In this document: in pieces, positions 58,461 to 64,000 of the stretch
Layout of the letters: the number at the start of each line of letters is the position of its first letter
Numbering within the stretch: position 1 is the first letter of the stretch
DNA from: Fimicolochytrium jonesii
Taxonomy: Eukaryota
Length of the DNA stretch: 64,000 bases
NCBI RefSeq assembly: GCF_025526975.1
Contig: NW_026515669.1
Span: 620,001-684,000, forward strand
Direction of reading: 5' to 3'
Program-made: the position numbers and the translations under genes
Notes under the pieces: model-generated
Seen by the model: the letters and a program-made list of their open reading frames with translations, nothing else
The model's database searches: none
Told to the model about the DNA's origin: nothing

Positions 58461-59882
58461 ATGACCACCCTCCCTCGTCACACCCGCTGCCTCCTTGCCC
58501 AGCTTCTCTCGCTACCGTCCCGATCCTACCGGTCTGCCACCTCAAATCGCGTCGAACACCTCTACGGCGCCGCCAGCGTTCTTCCCGCTCTGCAATCTGG
58601 CCGCCGAAAACTAAAGCGACTATATGTGAAGGACCGGGGCGGCAGCGAGTCGGCTCGCGGGAGGGGCCGAGGGTTTATAGAAGAACTCGGAGAGGATGAC
58701 GGCGGCGGCGGTGTGTTGGCGAAGGCGTTGGCATGGGCGCGAAGGAGGGAACTTGTTGTGACCGAGGTGCCGGGGACGAGACTGGAGACGATGTCGGATA
58801 ATAGACCGAATCAGGCAAGGAGGTGATGATACCTGATCGTGCTGTAGAGGCCAAGGAGGTGGATGAGATCTCATCTTTGAGCGTCAATATAGGGAATGGT
58901 ATTGGCGGCCGCACCGTTAGAGGTCTCACAGATACGAACTTTGGGGAGGTTTGAGGAGTCGTCTGATGGCTCTGTCTCAAAGTACGTCACTTCAGCTCTC
59001 TAATACACATCTTGTCAGAAGAAATCTACTTACGGGCTGGCATCGCAGATACCCAGCCATTGTGACGAAACGGGAGATCATCCCACTGTCGTTCTCCGGC
59101 GTGCAGAGGCGACGGCGCTTTCCATTATGGCTAGGTATTGATGGGTACCGATGTAAAACCTCCGCGGACCGCATATATTGAATGTGCTTTTGGAATTTCA
59201 GCTTTGGATCAAGTTATGGATCCACAAAACCTCGGAGGCATCCTACGATCAGCTCATTTCTTCGGAGTAGATGGAGTCATTCTGACAGAACACGAAAGGT
59301 ATGTCCCCTGATTCCCCTTCTCGCCACCGAGCAGCTGACACGGTAGTTCGTCCGCTGACCAGAACCGAAGTGCATCCTTTACTCCTACCGTATCGAAGGC
59401 CAGTTCCGGAGCAATGGAAGTCATGGAACTATATGTTACTCCGAGCCTGCCCAAATTCTTGGAGGTAACAGCTCCTCCGCTCTGATTCGTACTTCTCCCG
59501 GGGGCCACTCACCGGTCCGTATCAGACATCAGCAGAGAACGGTTGGCACATCTTCGGCACCGACATCAACAAACCCAACACGATATCCCTCTCCACATAC
59601 GCCCGAGCCCGGACAGAGACGCCCGTTGACGAGCTACCGGTCTTACTCAACAGTCCAACAATCCTAGTACTGGGCAGTGAAGGCACCGGACTCCGCGCCG
59701 TAGTATCAAACGTATGTCACGATCATCTTGTCATTGGAGATTTCGCGGATGAGGACGACGACATCGGAAAAGCAGCCGACAGCAGAGTACGCGACACAGC
59801 TCCACCGGATTTATACACCGTAGATTCATTGAATGTATCTGTCGCGGCGGGCATCTTGTTACATACTCTAGTCACAAGCTAG
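58461..59882 (+). CDS. MRM1: Mitochondrial rRNA 2'-O-methyltransferase (SpoU family); multi-exon
   Basis: Transit-like N-terminus, [81 protein letters not shown]. Confidence 0.87.
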
Positions 59883-60082
59883 CTTATCTAGTTTTAGCCC
59901 ATGTCAAGGGTTGTTGAATAGGATAGGGCGCCGTGACGAAACACTGGCAGCATGCATATGTACAAAGCCCCAACAATAGATATTCCTGCCGGCGTTGGTT
60001 AGCCAAAAGTAAGGATGCCTGCTCCTTGATGCTCATACACAGACTGCGGGGTTGCTGATTGACTGCCGACATGGACGGTACA

Positions 60083-62717
60083 TTAGCAATTCCTCTCCTC
60101 GGGCGGATGATACGGCACACCTGATAATAAATCCAAGCCTAGACGTTAGCGCCAACTGAGAAACCCAAGCAAAACGCAAGCCTACTTACCAAGCGCCTCG
60201 AATATCTCTTCCTCAGTCTTGCTCGCTATCCGAGTCCCGTCGGTGATTTTGGACCGTTTGGGTCCTCTTATGACGTTTGCGTATAATCCATGCTGAAGCG
60301 TAAGATTCGGGGTGAGAGGGGTGCGAGAACATTTTGGAGAACGAAACGCGGCCGGAAGAAGGCGAGCTACATTGTGATAAATGTCCATCGCCATACCTGA
60401 GAAAGCCGCATTCCTTTCGTCGAAGCCAGTAGCCGTATCGACCGATTGCTGCCAGCCATGCAAACAGCCTGATGAGTGCCAGCGACATATTGCAAACCCA
60501 ACATAACCCTCAAACCATACAAGATATCGTTCCCAGTCCAATGCAACAACGACGATCCCAGCTCATCATACGGCACCGTCCAAACGTCCAGGCGGCGAGC
60601 GATTCCCGACCCCCCAGGTAGCTTGCAGATGCCCATGTAGGAGTGATTACCGCCGGCGTCAATGCTCCGGGATGTCAAGTCGCCTAATATGATATTCGTT
60701 TTTTCGCGGAGGTGTTTGAGGATCGCAGGTAGGATGGTTGTGTGTGATCTGTTATCTGGGTGGGTTACTGATGGGGGAGCCATTTAGTGTATGTTGGCTT
60801 CACACCATATGATGGTGCTCAAGAATAACACCTACCAATGACGTCCACATCCCCACACATAGCCTTTCCTCGCCGATACGACCCCATAATAAAACACTCA
60901 AATTGCTCATCCACTTCCCGACACGCCGTCTTCACATACTCCGCAATCGCCTCCGCTTCAGCCCTCGGCATCTTCTGCTGCAGATCGTCGTAATACTCCA
61001 ACCCCAACAACTGATCGTGCGTCAAGCTGATCTGCGATCTCACGTCGTCCAGGGTTCGGCAGCCTTTGGTGTACCACGCCTGCGCGGTCTTGGCCCCACA
61101 TCCGTGGATTTTTTGAAACATTTCGAGGATTGCGACATGTTGTGAGACGTGCTCCGCTTTGCGTAAGGTGCCTGTGGTGATGATTTCGTCAATCTATGGG
61201 AGTGGAGGTTAAAGGAGTCAGTTCCCCGTCGGATGGCGACGCCCCGATCTCCACTATAACATACCTTCTCTGCGATTTTGGCACCTATTCCGGTAATTTT
61301 CTTTGCCTCAGCGCCGCTCTGAATGACCTTCCCATGCCGTTTCAGGGCTTGTATTGCCTGTTTAATACGGTAGTGGGTAAAGATCCCTTCGACAACTTCA
61401 ATAGAGCTTGCAAATCCGCCGCATATCCGCCATGTTACCTTCCGGTACGACAACACTCTGAAAGTGTCACCCTCCGCATCATGTTGCTTCATAACAACCT
61501 CTAACAAATCGGTCAACGCGACGTTCTTGTTGGTATCGTCCACATTCTTCCGTCCTTCTGGTTGCATGCACAGAAATGCTTTCTGATTTTTTGTCTACAT
61601 GGATTGTCAGTACAACCGGACTAAGGGCTATTTGCCAAAAAGATGCCATGCCAACCTTTCTGCAAGATGCCTCCTCTTTTAACTTTTTCAGATCCTCATC
61701 CTCTGAGCTCGATGCCCCTTCTTCTCCCGAGCTGGCTTCGAGATCCGAAATCGCGATTGCACCTTCTTTGACCTGATCCATGATTTGATGCAAGAGATCT
61801 ACGCCTGTCACTTCGTTTTCGTTCGAGTTTGGTTTGACCGAACCCTGTTTGTTGGCAAGAGGCGAAATGACCGGTTTACGTGGGGATGAAGCGGTCGGTA
61901 CAATCTCGATGATCTCTGTTCCGTCGGTAGAAACATCGGTCTCGTAGTCCTTCTCTCGCTTAGCTACAGGGCTAGACGGTGATGGTGCCTCTCCCACTTG
62001 GATCTCGGGTATTTGAAAAGCCTTCAGATCCTGGACAGAACCAGCCTGCATCGGGATTCGGAAGTTGTCAGGGATTGCACTCGCAGGGAGATCGTGGTCA
62101 TTGCCCAGATGTACCTTCACACTCTGCAAGAGCCATTCAGGGCTGACGACCTGTACACCATCTCCGAGCCGAGGTATCTTGAGTGCACGAAGCAGCCGAG
62201 ACGGGGGGAGTCGGGTGATGAGGATAACGTTCTTTCCCGCTTTGTGGCTATCGCAGACGGTCCCACCCGATGCGACGAACTGACTCTTCAAACGTATTTG
62301 CTCCCGAATAGATATGCCTCCTGGCACCATGGAAGCGGAGAGACCGTGAAACAGGGTGTCGGAGGTCACATCTTCCTCTCCACTTGGAACCTCGATGACC
62401 TCCCGTTTCTTCGAAGGTAACTTCAACTTCGACGTTGTAATTCCGCCTGTCGTCGGAGCTTCCTGTTCCCGGTTCGCCGTGCGCGGTCGTTTGGGCGTTC
62501 TTTCCTTCCCTATGGCCTTCGTGTTCGGTGAGCGGGCGACTTTGACAGCTCCGTCATCCGAATACAGTGTCAAGTCTATCACAGCAGGGTCGCTATTGTT
62601 GAAGTCCGGCGTGACGTCCCTCCGCCTTTTGTGCTGCTGGCTTGACGACGGCTGAGACCCTTGAGGGCTGCGAGCCGAGCGGCCCGAGGTGTGCTGTCGA
62701 AAAAGGACCGAATCCAT
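60083..62717 (-). CDS. POLL: Family X DNA polymerase (Pol lambda-like) with BRCT-like domain; multi-exon
   Basis: BRCT-like VVSPEWLLQS, 8-kDa domain FRVLSYRK|AIQALK..GIGAKIAEK, IHGCGAKTA, GSYRRGKAMCGDVDV, RRLDV, WTGNDIFNRSIR, EEEIFEALG|VPYHPPEERNC*. Confidence 0.88.
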
Positions 62718-62916
62718 GGCGAGGAACCGAGCGACGGAATAGGTGGCAGGTCTCGAATGGCGATGCGGCGCACATTTGCGAAGACTTTGGCGGGCGAGAA
62801 AGCGCATGGTCGGACAACGGGGATGCTTTCGGACAAAAAGTGACAGAGTGACGAGTCACCCGGCTGTCCCAAGTTCCAAATGCAGCGCAGCTACTGTACA
62901 TACATACATATATATA

Positions 62917-64000
62917 CAGTATGGGACTATAAAGCTGCACATACCCGTCAGAGTTTGGCCGGCCCCCATAGACGCGACTCGCGACTGGCGGCTTCAAGCT
63001 GTGATAACCATGGTTGAAGCGGCCGCAATTGCGAGATCCCTTTTCCCAACATCTTCACCAACATCTTACCACATCCATCTTGACACCACACCAACACCTA
63101 CACCAAAGCAGGAGCAACGGCATGGGGAGGCCTCTCACCCCACAGAAGAGGGCTGCCATCGTTGCACTGCATAAAGCAGGCCAGAATAAGTGTGCAATAG
63201 CGAGACTGGAAAGCGTGAGCCTCTCCGCTGTTCAGAGGACTATTAAGGTTTACGGCGAGCAGGACCCTGGCAACTCCAACTCCTACCAGTCAAAAAAACC
63301 ATCTGGCCGACCAGCTAAGTATCAACCCTCTGAGGATGACTTGGAGCGTTTTCGCAGCTTAGTTCTTGCAAGCAGCGAGACATGAGCCAAGTCACTCTCA
63401 GTTCTTACAACTGAATTCACCGCTCTCAGAGGCATCAATGTTTACAAAAAGACGTTGTGCCGGTATCTTCGAATTCACTTGGACCTCCATTCGCGGTACG
63501 AAATTCGGAAACCGTTGTTAACGGATCGGCACCGGGCTGCCCGGCTTGCGTTTGCATTGGAGCATCAGCATTGGACACACACTGACTGGTCGAGGGTGGT
63601 TTGGACTGATGAAACATCATTCGAAATTGGGTGGGACCCAAAAATGCGATGCTGGCGCCTTCGAACTGAAGCTTTTCATCGAGATTGCGTACAGGTCACA
63701 CAGACGAGCAGCTGCAAAACATTCATGTATTGGGGAGCCTTCATCGGGAATGCCATCGGTCCAATGAATGAAGTGGAGCGAGTTCAGCGTCCTGGTGAAC
63801 ACCGTAGGGGTATCAACTCAACTGCTTACGTGGCGCTTACGTGGCGCACTTGACAACTCACATGCTGCCCATGTGGCGTAATCTTGAGATTTTTATCCCT
63901 AATCCACTTTTTATGCAGGACAATGCTCCAATCCACACAAGTGCTGAAACTCGTCAGTTCTTTACTGAGCACGGCATTGAGGTTATGCCCTGGCCTGCGC
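62917..64000 (+). mobile_element. Tc1/mariner DNA transposon, decayed and truncated by the window edge
   Basis: TA|CAGTATGGGAC.. left end. Transposase from ATG 63122 with HTH (KRAAIVALHKAG..IAR), HRAARLAFA, WSRVVWTDETSF, FMQDNAPIH, MPWP. Internal TGA at 63383-63385 and a frameshift at about 63836. Confidence 0.9.

Noticed and set aside
1..64000. CRISPR arrays, tRNA, rRNA and prokaryotic operons or defence systems
   Set aside because: No regularly spaced repeats, cloverleaf structures or rRNA-like sequence were seen by eye, and the genes contain spliceosomal introns.

Overview
Eukaryotic, intron-rich, gene-dense DNA, most likely from a zoosporic (chytrid-type) fungus. This is inferred from short GT-AG introns with CTAAC/CTGAC-like branch points, fungal-style hybrid histidine kinase, GPX and Mam3 genes, and the presence of epsilon-tubulin and muskelin. 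About 25 protein-coding genes can be supported: muskelin, PDCD2, a PAS-PAS hybrid histidine kinase, a PH-FYVE protein, a kelch-TM-SH3 protein, a GH5 mannanase, GPX, an SR-cyclophilin, CNNM/Mam3, a spartin-like protein, Sac1, ChaC, a histidine acid phosphatase, ataxin-10, a C2H2 factor, an F-box protein, epsilon-tubulin, a tandem-UBC E2, Mrm1 and DNA polymerase lambda, plus several orphans. There are also an apparently broken UXS1, an RBR-ligase relic, a decayed Tc1/mariner element at the right edge and two TA-flanked MITEs. The most notable observations are: (1) a GH5 enzyme with a two-helix membrane hairpin inserted inside its catalytic barrel; (2) strong local enrichment of TACAGTA/TACTGTA, the expected Tc1-type excision footprint, alongside a MITE whose TIR resembles the end of the Tc1 element; (3) a UXS1 gene lacking most of its Rossmann motif. 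Exon boundaries were read by eye and no database searches were run.
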